From positions 1-63,212 of the forward strand of contig JAGGXC010000022.1 of assembly GCA_021163265.1 (NCBI GenBank): a stretch of 63,212 nucleotides of DNA. The letters are read 5' to 3'. Positions 8,758 to 17,946 of this stretch are shown here, piece by piece; the stretch's first letter is position 1; each line of letters starts with the position of its first letter. Made by a program: the position numbers and the translations under genes. Below the pieces are notes generated by a model. The model was not told where the DNA came from and did not search any database. It worked only from the letters and a program-made list of their open reading frames with translations. Source of the stretch: a bacterium (lineage in GTDB: Bacteria; Patescibacteriota; Minisyncoccia; Minisyncoccales; JAGGXC01).

Positions 8758-9524
8758 AAAGGTTTTACTTTAATATCTTTTAATAAAAAGATATAGCTCT
8801 TTCGTAAAATCTCGGGAGTAACGGAAAAAGGAAGACCGATTTTCTCTCCACACTTTTTAACAATCCTTTGAATAGAACGGGGTGTCAACCGATTTTCTGT
8901 ACCTTTTCGAGAACGATAATGAATAAACATAGCTTTATTGTTGTCTTGGCGAGCCTTTAAATACCTTTCAACCCAAACTCGGCTCCTTTGAGAAAGTTTT
9001 CCAATATCTGTTCGATTTAGACCAACAAGTTTAGATATCTTAAATCCATTAAAAATTATAGTTTCCAAAATAGCTCTGTCTCTCAATCCTTTTTCTTGAT
9101 TGACATCAGGCACACGCAGAATCTTTCTGATTTGCTCAAGATTAAGGAAAATGATATTTTTTGATTCTTCCTCAGATGGCTTTAAAAGCTTTATTTTATC
9201 AGGAACGATACATAATATATCTCTGGCTAAAAAATAGCTGAGAAGGCCTCTCAGGGCGATTAAATAGTAATTCTGAGTAGTCTTTTTAAGAGGTTGACCT
9301 TTCTCATTTTTATATTTAGCTAAAAATTTTTTATAATTAGAGATATCTTTGGGGGAGAGCTGATAAGGCTTTAAATTTTCTTTTTTACTTTTCTTGAGCC
9401 ACAAAATAAATTTATTAAGATATCTCTTATAATTTTCTTGAGTATGAGACGAAAGACCTGTTTTTTTACAATAATCTATAAATTCAGAAACAAGGGTTAC
9501 AATAGATTTTTGAGTTTTTATCAT
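8754..9524 (-). CDS. Degenerate tyrosine-recombinase paralog lacking catalytic residues
   Basis: Aligns to its neighbour (ETIIFNGFKISKLVGL vs EVLFSTGMRISELINL), but box I Arg is Lys, the HxxR His is lost (PEILRK), and the protein ends before the LGH...Y region. ATGA overlap with 7813..8757. Confidence 0.75.
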   Translation of the reverse strand: MIKTQKSIVTLVSEFIDYCKKTGLSSHTQENYKRYLNKFILWLKKSKKENLKPYQLSPKDISNYKKFLAKYKNEKGQPLKKTTQNYYLIALRGLLSYFLARDILCIVPDKIKLLKPSEEESKNIIFLNLEQIRKILRVPDVNQEKGLRDRAILETIIFNGFKISKLVGLNRTDIGKLSQRSRVWVERYLKARQDNNKAMFIHYRSRKGTENRLTPRSIQRIVKKCGEKIGLPFSVTPEILRKSYIFLLKDIKVKPL

Positions 9525-9693
9525 ATTTTATCATAATTATTATGAGTGTAAGGGATATTATACTCAATTTCTATTATCAAGAATAGACTATTTAAAATGA
9601 GGTGTCAAGTGGAAAATTATTACTCCCCCAAAGTAGTAAAAGAAAAAAAGCGCCGAACATAAAAGACGCTTATTTATTATTTATATAAAAAAT

Positions 9694-9987
9694 TTACCAC
9701 CAGATCAGATCTTCTACTTCACTATGAGTAATCCCTGCAACTAAGATAACTATCAAAAAAAGAACAACAAACACAATAGTCCATATTATTACTGCAATTG
9801 GCCAGCAGATAATCAATTTCCATGAAATCAATCGTTCTTTGTTCTCTTCTTCACTCTCATCTTCTCCTAAATCTTTCTTAATATCTAGGTAGAATCTATC
9901 TACATGCTGGGCTAACAACGCAACGATAATTACCCCTATTAGATATACCAAAATACTTACTACCAACAAATTTAACCATTCTTGCAT
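9694..9987 (-). CDS. Small 2-TM membrane protein
   Basis: 97-aa ORF with GGGGAGGT Shine-Dalgarno, two hydrophobic helices, acidic loop, and the segment WKLIICWPI. Confidence 0.65.
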   Translation of the reverse strand: MQEWLNLLVVSILVYLIGVIIVALLAQHVDRFYLDIKKDLGEDESEEENKERLISWKLIICWPIAVIIWTIVFVVLFLIVILVAGITHSEVEDLIWW

Positions 9988-10074
9988 TTTTTTACCTCCC
10001 CTATTTAGATATGTTAATTTACCAAATAAAGAATTAACATACTATTTCAGATATGTCAATTCCCAAATTCATAA

Positions 10075-10093
10075 TAAATGTCGCACAATATTA
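10075..10093 (-). repeat. Repeat copy 3, right inverted repeat
   Basis: Reverse complement is TAATATTGTGCGACATTTA. Overlaps the TAA stop of the CAP-domain gene. On the minus strand it is followed by 15 nt, then TTGACA (10059-10054). Confidence 0.9.
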
Positions 10094-10978
10094 TCGCGGA
10101 TTAGTTATACAAGAATTGAAAGTAGCGACTTGAATATTATATTTAGAGATCATATCTTTGGTTTCATCAAACAACTCATTATACTGCTCTACCAAGCTAT
10201 TATACTCTTTAACTTTCTTTCGATAAAGGCTTCTATTTCTAAATTTAAGAGAAGCCATTTCTTTCTGAAGATTCTCTAATTCTGTCCTTAGCTGATCTAA
10301 CTCTCTCTTATTAGTATCTATTTTTATCTTTAATTGACTGTCAGGTTGAGGACAAGCAGATAAAGGTAAACCAAAATGCTGAACAGCAATCCATACCTCT
10401 TTTCCCTCAAACATTCCTTTTCCTACTGCTACTCCTATTTCTTGATAACGCGTGTTCAAAATATTCTTTCGATGATCTGGACTATTCATCCAAGCTTCTA
10501 CTAAATCTTGATCTCCGTCAAAATTACCGAGAGCAAGGTTCTCACCTACCACAATAAACTCGTAGCCGCTTTGCTCAACCAACTCCCCTACTCCAATACC
10601 AGAAGAAGAATAATGAGCGAAATATTGATTTTGAAACATATCCTGCAATTTCATTTCTGCAGAAGAATCAAGTAAAGGATTCTCTTTTAAAGGTGAAAGA
10701 CTATGATTTTTTCTCTCAATATTGGTCCATTCAATTACCCCTTCTTTCGTAAGATCCTTTCCAGCTGATGTGTCTTCTACACGAAGTGGTGGTGGAGCTT
10801 GAATTTCTATTTTAGGTTTCTTAATTACAAGTATTCCTGTTTCTTCTTTAATTTGGAGAGGAAAATCAAAAAATAAATTTACTATACCTTCTTGCTGCAA
10901 AAATAGAAAAATACTCAAAAAAAGAATTAGAAGCAAAAAAAACAATAAACCTTGTGATTTTCTTGGCGCATTGTCCAT
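10091..10978 (-). CDS. Secreted CAP/SCP (PR-1-like, YkwD-type) domain protein with C-terminal coiled coil
   Basis: N-terminal signal-anchor. CAP-domain motifs (GENLALG, AWMNSPDHRKNIL, YQEIGVAV). Confidence 0.75.
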   Translation of the reverse strand: MDNAPRKSQGLLFFLLLILFLSIFLFLQQEGIVNLFFDFPLQIKEETGILVIKKPKIEIQAPPPLRVEDTSAGKDLTKEGVIEWTNIERKNHSLSPLKENPLLDSSAEMKLQDMFQNQYFAHYSSSGIGVGELVEQSGYEFIVVGENLALGNFDGDQDLVEAWMNSPDHRKNILNTRYQEIGVAVGKGMFEGKEVWIAVQHFGLPLSACPQPDSQLKIKIDTNKRELDQLRTELENLQKEMASLKFRNRSLYRKKVKEYNSLVEQYNELFDETKDMISKYNIQVATFNSCITNPR

Positions 10979-11054
10979 ATATTATATTTTATCAAAAAAT
11001 AGGCATCCTGTAATGCCTATATATTTTTTTTTAAAAAAAAAGTTACTAGAGAAT

Positions 11055-11136
11055 AGCTAGGAAGGAAAAGGAGGAAGAAGGTATGGTATCCTGAGAAAGT
11101 CAAATTTGTTCCTAAAAAATCCTTCCCAGCTTTTTT
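11055..11136 (+). promoter_or_regulatory. Orphan long hairpin with U-tract (leader, attenuator or small RNA candidate)
   Basis: agctaggaagga (11055-11066) pairs with tccttcccagct (11120-11131) at 11/12 positions, followed by T6. No upstream plus-strand gene. Confidence 0.4.
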
Positions 11137-11207
11137 ATATTAACAAAATCTTTATTTGTGATCAATAATCTATTATACTTAATTAATAATAGAATAAACA
11201 ATAAATT

Positions 11208-12158
11208 ATGATTGAGAAAATTAGAAATTTTTATATTTTTTTAGAGAAATCTCTCAATAAGAGTTTCGAATACAAATTGAAAGAAAAGGAAATCGGAAAT
11301 ATAATCATTGCAGGAATGGGAGGATCTGCTATTCCTGGTCAAGTAATAAAAGATGCTCTTTCTCTTAAAATCCCTTTAGAAATATCACGTGGATATCATC
11401 TTCCTTCGTGGGTAGACAAAAGAACTTTAGTAATATGTATCAGTTATTCTGGAAACACTAAGGAAACTATTAATCAGTTTAATGAATCACTAAAAAGAAA
11501 ATCTAACATCATTGTAATTACTTCTAATGGCAAATTAGAAAAAAAAGCAAAACAACTAAAATTACCGCTTCTCACACTCCCTAAAGGTTTTCTGCCTCGC
11601 GAAAGTTTTCCTTTTTTAATTGCCACCTTAATTAAAATATTTAAAAAACTAAAGATCACGAAAGAGAAACCATTGATTTCCTTTTCTTCTTTATCTTCTA
11701 AAAATATTAGAACTATAGAAAAAGAGGCTAAGAAAGTAGCTAAATCAATAAAAAAGACTTTTCCTATTATATGTAGCGAATATCCATCGGTAAGTTTTAG
11801 ATGGGAAAGTCAATTAAGTGAAAATGCAAAACATCTCTCAGAAAGTAAAACTTTTCCTGAGTTAGCACACAATGAGATAGAAAGCTGGAGAGAAATCAAT
11901 AAAAATCACTCATTAATATTCTTGGAAGATGAAAAAAACAACAAAGAGATTACTAAGCTAATAAAAAGAATCAAAAAAATAATAAAAAACAACACTCACT
12001 TGATAGAAATTAAAGCAAAAGGAAAAACGAGGTTAGAAAGAATCCTATATTTAATTGTGTTCGGTGATTTTGTTTCTTATTTTCTGGCAAAAGAAAAAGA
12101 AATATCTCCTGAGGTTACCGATTTTATAAAAGCTTTAAAGAAAACAAAAAGCAAATAA
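11208..12158 (+). CDS. Bifunctional phosphoglucose/phosphomannose isomerase (SIS domain)
   Basis: SIS motifs GMGGSAIPG and SYSGNTKET; length typical of the PGI/PMI family. Confidence 0.75.
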   Translation: MIEKIRNFYIFLEKSLNKSFEYKLKEKEIGNIIIAGMGGSAIPGQVIKDALSLKIPLEISRGYHLPSWVDKRTLVICISYSGNTKETINQFNESLKRKSNIIVITSNGKLEKKAKQLKLPLLTLPKGFLPRESFPFLIATLIKIFKKLKITKEKPLISFSSLSSKNIRTIEKEAKKVAKSIKKTFPIICSEYPSVSFRWESQLSENAKHLSESKTFPELAHNEIESWREINKNHSLIFLEDEKNNKEITKLIKRIKKIIKNNTHLIEIKAKGKTRLERILYLIVFGDFVSYFLAKEKEISPEVTDFIKALKKTKSK

Positions 12159-13844
12159 TTAATGTTTCTTAAGCAATTGAATAAAAACCTCATTGGGAAT
12201 ATTTACTTTTCCTCTTGCAGCAAGCTTTTTCTTTCCTTTCTTTTGCTTCTGGAGAAGTTTCTTCTTTCTGGTATAATCACCGCCATATAAAGGCGCGATT
12301 ACGTCTTTTCTTAGCGCGGGTATTGTTTCTCGTGCTATAATTCTATTTTTGCTCGGTTTATTACTTTTTTGTGTATCAAAAATATCTTTGGTTGCTATTT
12401 GAATAGGAACAGCAAAATTCTGTCTTGGGAGTAACTCCTTCAAGGCCAATGCCAATTTTCTTGCTTCTTTTGCAGCATATTCTCTAGGAACAATCTTTTC
12501 AAGATTAGGAACAATATGGCCCGCAACAAAAACTTCTAATTTAACCAAATCTGCTTTTCTTGGCTCAATAGGGGCATATATCATTGAAGCATATCCAGAA
12601 CTAACGCTTTTTAATCTATCATAAAAATTAGTTAAAATATCAGCTAAAGCAACGTTATATTCTACAATTAACCGTTCACTACTCAAATAATGTGTATCTT
12701 TATACTCCCCTCTTAATTGTTTAAGAAGTTCCATTATTTTACTAAGATATTTTTGAGGAGTAATGATCTTTAAGTTTACCCATGGTTCTTTTACTATTTT
12801 CTCTTCTTTGATTATTTTATAATTTACTTGAGGGGTAGTTACAATAATCTCCAAAGAATATTCTCTTCTTAACCTTTCTACCGTTACTTCTAAATGAAGC
12901 ATTCCTAAAAATCCGCACCTAAATCCTCTACCTAACGCAGGAAGAGATTCCTCTTCAAAAAAAAGAGCAGCATCGTTGAGTTTTAATTTACTTATTGCAT
13001 CTTTTAAAGTAACGAAATCAGCCTCTTTATATGGATATATGCTTGCAAAAATCATTGGTTGAGGTTTTTCCCATCCTACACTCTTCAGATACTTCTCTAA
13101 ATTCTTTTCCCCTGTAGCAATATAGCCAATCTCTCCCGCCTTAAGCTCGTTAGCTGGAACCATCTGAGGTTTGAAAAAACCTATTTCTTTTTTTTCTTTT
13201 TTTAATATCCCGTCTATAACCCTTACATAAGCAATAATTCCTTTAAAAGGATCATACAAAGAATCAAATACAATAGTCTTAAGTGAAGCCAAAGGATCAC
13301 CTTTTGGATAAGGAATCTCCTTTATGATCGCCTCTAGAAGCTTTTCAACATTTTCTCCGGTCTTAGCAGAAATTTTTATTATTTTTTCTTTCTTTATCCC
13401 CAAAAGCTGGACTAACTCTTTCTCTACTTCTTCTATACGAGCATTTGGTAAATCAATCTTATTAATTGCTGGAACAATAACTAAATTTTGTTCTTTGGCA
13501 AGATAAAGATTAGTAAGAGTTTGAGCTTGTACTCCTTGGGTAGCATCAACAAGCAAAATAACACCTTCGACCGCTTTAAGAGATCTTTTGACTTCAGAGT
13601 AAAAATCTATATGACCCGGCGTGTCTATTAAATTCAATACATATCCTTTATATTCCATCCTTACCGGCTGAAGTTTTATCGTAATCCCTTTTTCTCTTTC
13701 AAGATCCATCTGATCAAGCAGTTGAGACCTCATCTTTTCTTTTGGAACAGTTCCTGTAATCTCTAAAAATCTATCAGCCAAAGTTGATTTCCCATGATCA
13801 ATATGGCTTATAATAGCAAAGTTACGAATATTCTCCGTAGACAT
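12159..13844 (-). CDS. lepA: Elongation factor 4 (LepA)
   Basis: GTPase G1-G4 motifs (SHIDHGKST, DTPGH, NKID) and a LepA-type C-terminal domain. Confidence 0.92.
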   Translation of the reverse strand: MSTENIRNFAIISHIDHGKSTLADRFLEITGTVPKEKMRSQLLDQMDLEREKGITIKLQPVRMEYKGYVLNLIDTPGHIDFYSEVKRSLKAVEGVILLVDATQGVQAQTLTNLYLAKEQNLVIVPAINKIDLPNARIEEVEKELVQLLGIKKEKIIKISAKTGENVEKLLEAIIKEIPYPKGDPLASLKTIVFDSLYDPFKGIIAYVRVIDGILKKEKKEIGFFKPQMVPANELKAGEIGYIATGEKNLEKYLKSVGWEKPQPMIFASIYPYKEADFVTLKDAISKLKLNDAALFFEEESLPALGRGFRCGFLGMLHLEVTVERLRREYSLEIIVTTPQVNYKIIKEEKIVKEPWVNLKIITPQKYLSKIMELLKQLRGEYKDTHYLSSERLIVEYNVALADILTNFYDRLKSVSSGYASMIYAPIEPRKADLVKLEVFVAGHIVPNLEKIVPREYAAKEARKLALALKELLPRQNFAVPIQIATKDIFDTQKSNKPSKNRIIARETIPALRKDVIAPLYGGDYTRKKKLLQKQKKGKKKLAARGKVNIPNEVFIQLLKKH

Positions 13845-13922
13845 AAACTGATTTTAAAAAATCCAGGGGATTCCTGGAAAATATTGATACTACAACAAAT
13901 AACCTCAAACAATCAACAATAA

Positions 13923-14483
13923 TTATATCCCCAAATCAAGATAATCTGATCCTACATTTCGCACATTAACCTGTACTCTTAAACCAGAAGATATCTTAGC
14001 TACTTCATATATCTTTGTACATAAAGTAGGACTAAATCCTGGTTTAAGGATAGCTCCACAATCACTATCCGGAGAAACCCATGGTAGAGCTTCGGGATAA
14101 GGGGCGAACTCTCGTCCTTCTTTATCAAAAATATTTTTCATATCCCACCCTCCTTTTATATCTTTTGTTCCTATATTTTGAACTTCTATAGTTACTTCAA
14201 TAAATTTCTCTGTGGTTATTAAATCGGATGGCCGCCAAGAATAAGCATCCACAGCAGATAATTTATTTCCTCTATCTTTTACTTCTTTTATCCTAAATTT
14301 CACATCTCCTATTTTCACTTCATACACTGGTTCTTCTATTATTGAAGGAGGAGATTCCTCAGGAGGAGAAGGATTAATATTTAACTCAGGAAGCATCGAT
14401 TTTATAAGAAAAAACGAAATAGCTAATAATGCTACAATAATTATCCCAAGTATGATCTGTTCTCTAGAGAATTCCTCTGGCAT
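13923..14483 (-). CDS. Membrane-anchored protein with Ig-like (DUF4352-like) domain
   Basis: N-terminal TM anchor, Pro-rich linker, beta-rich domain. The family call is by pattern only. Confidence 0.5.
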   Translation of the reverse strand: MPEEFSREQIILGIIIVALLAISFFLIKSMLPELNINPSPPEESPPSIIEEPVYEVKIGDVKFRIKEVKDRGNKLSAVDAYSWRPSDLITTEKFIEVTIEVQNIGTKDIKGGWDMKNIFDKEGREFAPYPEALPWVSPDSDCGAILKPGFSPTLCTKIYEVAKISSGLRVQVNVRNVGSDYLDLGI

Positions 14484-14534
14484 AAAATTTACTGTTTAAT
14501 TAATTTTAAAACAGAAGTTATCTATAAATAAAAT

Positions 14535-15278
14535 TTATCTCCCAAATCTTCTTTGACGATTCGCGTATTCTTTTAAAGCCTTATCAAAATCTTTTTCTCC
14601 AAAATCTGGCCAATATTTTTCGGAGAAATAAAGTTCAGCGTAAGCTGATTGCCACAATAAAAAGTTGGAAAACCTTTTCTCGCCGCTTGTGCGAATGACT
14701 AAATCCGGAGCCGGTAAACCAGAAGTTGAGAGATATTTTTCAAAAAGCCTTTCAGTAATTTGAGACGGCGAAACTTTCTTCTTTATTATTTCTTTCACTG
14801 CATTCAAAATATCCCATCGACCACTATAACTAACAGCAAGATTAAGAAAGTATTCTTTATTATTTTTTGTAAGTTCTTCTACTTTCCTAATTACTTCTTG
14901 AAGACTTTTTGGCAGTCTTTCTTTCTGACCAATAACTCTTACTCTTACTTTTTTTGTTAAAATTGAATTACCTTTTCCATTACTAAAGTATTTTTTCATC
15001 TCTTCGCGAAAACCATGTTCCAATAATTCTAATAAATACTTTACTTCTTTCTTAGGTCTGTTCCAATTCTCTGTGGAAAATCCAAAAGCTGTAAGAACTT
15101 TAATTCCTCTTTTCTGACACCAACGACAAAACCTCTTGATATTTTCAAATCCAGCTAAATGGCCTTGGATAGTAGGTAAACCTCTTTCCCTTGCCCACCG
15201 TCGATTACCATCTGGGAGTAATATGACATGAACAGGCATTATATTCTTTTTACTTGATGTTTTTTTCTTGTTTTTCAT
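14535..15278 (-). CDS. uppS: Undecaprenyl diphosphate synthase
   Basis: HVILLPDGNRRWA and the C-terminal RFG motif. The start could be the internal ATG at 15239. Confidence 0.92.
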   Translation of the reverse strand: MKNKKKTSSKKNIMPVHVILLPDGNRRWARERGLPTIQGHLAGFENIKRFCRWCQKRGIKVLTAFGFSTENWNRPKKEVKYLLELLEHGFREEMKKYFSNGKGNSILTKKVRVRVIGQKERLPKSLQEVIRKVEELTKNNKEYFLNLAVSYSGRWDILNAVKEIIKKKVSPSQITERLFEKYLSTSGLPAPDLVIRTSGEKRFSNFLLWQSAYAELYFSEKYWPDFGEKDFDKALKEYANRQRRFGR

Positions 15279-15447
15279 AATTATATTTTATTTCTAATGG
15301 CGGTTTCTTTTCTGAAAATTTCGCAACAAGATAGCCAAATCCAAAAGAAGCCAACGAAACAAGCAAAATAACTATTAATAGTATTATATCACTTTTAAAA
15401 TTTTTGACAATTCTTTTTAGATTTGCTAACATATTGGTATATGTCAA
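15250..15447 (-). CDS. Possible small single-TM protein
   Basis: 65-aa ORF with one hydrophobic helix. Overlaps the rpmA promoter region; weak support. Confidence 0.3.
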   Translation of the reverse strand: MTYTNMLANLKRIVKNFKSDIILLIVILLVSLASFGFGYLVAKFSEKKPPLEIKYNYEKQEKNIK

Positions 15448-15722
15448 AGACTAAATCAGCAGGAACAACAAAATTAGGAAGAGACTCAAAGCCTAAATAT
15501 TTAGGAGTTAAAGTCTTTGATGGTCAAACTGTAAAACCAGGAATGGTTATTGTAAAACAGCGTGGAACAAAGTTTATTGCAGGAAAAAATGTAGGGCGCG
15601 GAGGAGACGATACTCTTTACGCTTTAAAATCGGGAGTAGTCAAATTCGTCACAAAACGAAAGAAAAGATTTGATCGAACATTAAAAAAAGTTAAGGTAGT
15701 AAATGTAGAAACTCAGAGATAA
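15441..15722 (+). CDS. rpmA: 50S ribosomal protein L27
   Basis: [23 protein letters not shown]...RGTKF signature. ATG at 15441 preferred over the tracked TTG at 15423. Confidence 0.92.
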   Translation: MSKTKSAGTTKLGRDSKPKYLGVKVFDGQTVKPGMVIVKQRGTKFIAGKNVGRGGDDTLYALKSGVVKFVTKRKKRFDRTLKKVKVVNVETQR

Positions 15723-15797
15723 CACGGAAAGATCCGTTTGGATTTTTAAATATTGCTTCAGAAAGAAGGAATGTTTTTTTTTATTCTTAAAAAACAC

Positions 15798-17438
15798 CTA
15801 TGATCTTTTTTTTATTCCTGCTCTTATAAATTCTCTAAATAAAGGATGGGGACGAAGAGGGCGAGATTTGTATTCTGGATGGAATTGAGTAGCAACGAAA
15901 AAGGGATGGTCTTTATGTTCTATTATTTCTACCAAATTCCTTTCGGGATTTACTCCGGCAACAACTAATCCTTTTTTCTCTAAAATTTCCCTAAAATCAT
16001 CATTTAATTCATATCTATGCCGATGACGTTCTAAAACAAGTTCTTTTTTGTAAGCTTTAAAAGAAGTCGTGCCACGTTTTATTTTACATAAATAATCACC
16101 TAATCTCATCGTCGCTCCATATCTTTTTTCACGCAAAAGAACCTTTTGATCAGGCATAATATCTATAACTTTGTTCTTTTTGTTGGGAAAGAATTCACCT
16201 GAGGTAGCTCCCTTAATCCCCACAACATGGCGTGCAAATTCTATAACCGCCAATTGCATACCAAAGCACAATCCGAGATAAGGAATCTTTTCAGTTCTAC
16301 AAAATTCAATGGCTTTAATTTTGCCTTCAGCTCCTCTGTAACCAAATCCTCCGGGAACAATGACTCCATTAAATTCTCTTAATTCTCTAACCGCTCTTGG
16401 ATTCTTCTCGTATACTTCCGCAGATAACCACTGAATTTCTGGCTTTCTTTTAAAATACCAGGAAGCATGCTTAATCGCTTCTATAACTGATATATATGAA
16501 TCCATCAAAGTAAATTCTCCCGTTTCAAAATATTTTCCAACCATAGCAATTTTTACTGGTTCTTTGACAGATTTGATGGTTTTAACCAATCTTTCCCATT
16601 TTTTCAAAACACTTCTTGAAGATTTTTTCGAGGGTAGACCAAACTTATGAAGAATACGATCGCCTAACCTTTCTCTTGCAAAATTCACAGGAATCTCGTA
16701 TATAGACTCAACATCGGGAGAAGAAATTACATCTTTTTGATCTACATTACAGAATACAGAAATCTTTTTCTTCCGAGGATAATCAAGAGGAAACTTACTT
16801 CGCGCTATAATAATAGAAGGCTGGATGCCTGCCATATTAAGCCATTTTACAGCTTGTTGAGTCGGTTTTGTTTTCATCTCACCAATAGTCTCTGGCACCG
16901 GCAAGTAAGAGATTAAGATAAAAAGTACATTTTGGGGATGATGCAACTTCATCATTCTCGCTGCTTCAAGAAACAACATATTTTGGTACTCTCCAACTGT
17001 TCCACCAATTTCAATCAAAACAAAATCGGCTTTCGTAATACGTGCCGCTTTTTTAATCCTATAAATTGCTTCATTGGGAATATCAGGCACAACTTCAACA
17101 CATCTTCCTCCGTACTCTAAATTTCTTTCCCTATTAATTACTGCCTGATATACCCGGCCAGTGGTAATATAATTATTCGTAGTAAGTTCCTCATCTAGAA
17201 ATCTTTCGTAATTTCCTATATCCTGATCACATTCTACTCCGTCTTTAGTTACAAAAATCTCACCATGCTCTATGGGATTCATTGTTCCAGCATCGACATT
17301 CACATAAGGATCGACTTTAATTGCTGTTACCTTGTATCCCTTGGATTGCAATATTTTTCCGATAGACGCTGTAGCAATTCCTTTGCCGATGCCAGACATT
17401 ACTCCTCCAATGACAAAAATATATCTTGTCATAATCAA
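15798..17438 (-). CDS. pyrG: CTP synthase
   Basis: N-terminal GGVMSGIGKG; glutaminase domain GLCFGMQ and the HRHRYE motif. Confidence 0.95.
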   Translation of the reverse strand: MIMTRYIFVIGGVMSGIGKGIATASIGKILQSKGYKVTAIKVDPYVNVDAGTMNPIEHGEIFVTKDGVECDQDIGNYERFLDEELTTNNYITTGRVYQAVINRERNLEYGGRCVEVVPDIPNEAIYRIKKAARITKADFVLIEIGGTVGEYQNMLFLEAARMMKLHHPQNVLFILISYLPVPETIGEMKTKPTQQAVKWLNMAGIQPSIIIARSKFPLDYPRKKKISVFCNVDQKDVISSPDVESIYEIPVNFARERLGDRILHKFGLPSKKSSRSVLKKWERLVKTIKSVKEPVKIAMVGKYFETGEFTLMDSYISVIEAIKHASWYFKRKPEIQWLSAEVYEKNPRAVRELREFNGVIVPGGFGYRGAEGKIKAIEFCRTEKIPYLGLCFGMQLAVIEFARHVVGIKGATSGEFFPNKKNKVIDIMPDQKVLLREKRYGATMRLGDYLCKIKRGTTSFKAYKKELVLERHRHRYELNDDFREILEKKGLVVAGVNPERNLVEIIEHKDHPFFVATQFHPEYKSRPLRPHPLFREFIRAGIKKRS

Positions 17439-17450
17439 GCAAACAAAGAA

Positions 17451-17897
17451 TTATTTTTCAGGAACTATTACAAGTTTTATTTCTGCTTCTAAATTGTGTT
17501 TGAAGGTTATCTTAATTGGAAATTCGCCTGTTTCTTTTATAGGCTCTTCTATCACAATTTGTTTTTTGCTAATATCAAATCCTAGTTCTTTTAGCTTCTC
17601 AGCAACTTTCTGAGGAGTAATTGACTCATACAATTGATTATTCTCCCCTACTTTAACTTCCACGACTACTTCCTGACCATCAATCTTGGCTGCCTCTTCT
17701 TGAACTTTCTTTAACTCTTCTTCTGCCTTCTTTTCTTCGATTTCCTTCTGTTTCTCAAGCCAAGCTAAATTCTTTTTTGTAGCTACTTTTGCCAATCCTT
17801 TAGGAATAAGGAAATTGCGGGCGTAGCCATCTTTTACTTCTTTTATTTCATATTTCTCTCCTAATTTTTCAATATCTTTGAGAAGAATAACCTTCAT
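17451..17897 (-). CDS. rplI: 50S ribosomal protein L9
   Basis: [37 protein letters not shown]-terminus. The internal ATG at 17897 was chosen over the tracked upstream TTG. Confidence 0.9.
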   Translation of the reverse strand: MKVILLKDIEKLGEKYEIKEVKDGYARNFLIPKGLAKVATKKNLAWLEKQKEIEEKKAEEELKKVQEEAAKIDGQEVVVEVKVGENNQLYESITPQKVAEKLKELGFDISKKQIVIEEPIKETGEFPIKITFKHNLEAEIKLVIVPEK

Positions 17898-17946
17898 AAC
17901 TTTTAAATTATAAATTATTTTATTATAACAAACGAATCTTAATAAA

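Larger units (their letters stand above)
7781..10093. mobile_element. Candidate invertible or recombinase-bearing segment bounded by 19-bp perfect inverted repeats
   Basis: The inverted repeats enclose two tandem recombinase-family genes and one promoter-bearing small membrane-protein gene. See findings. Confidence 0.35.
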
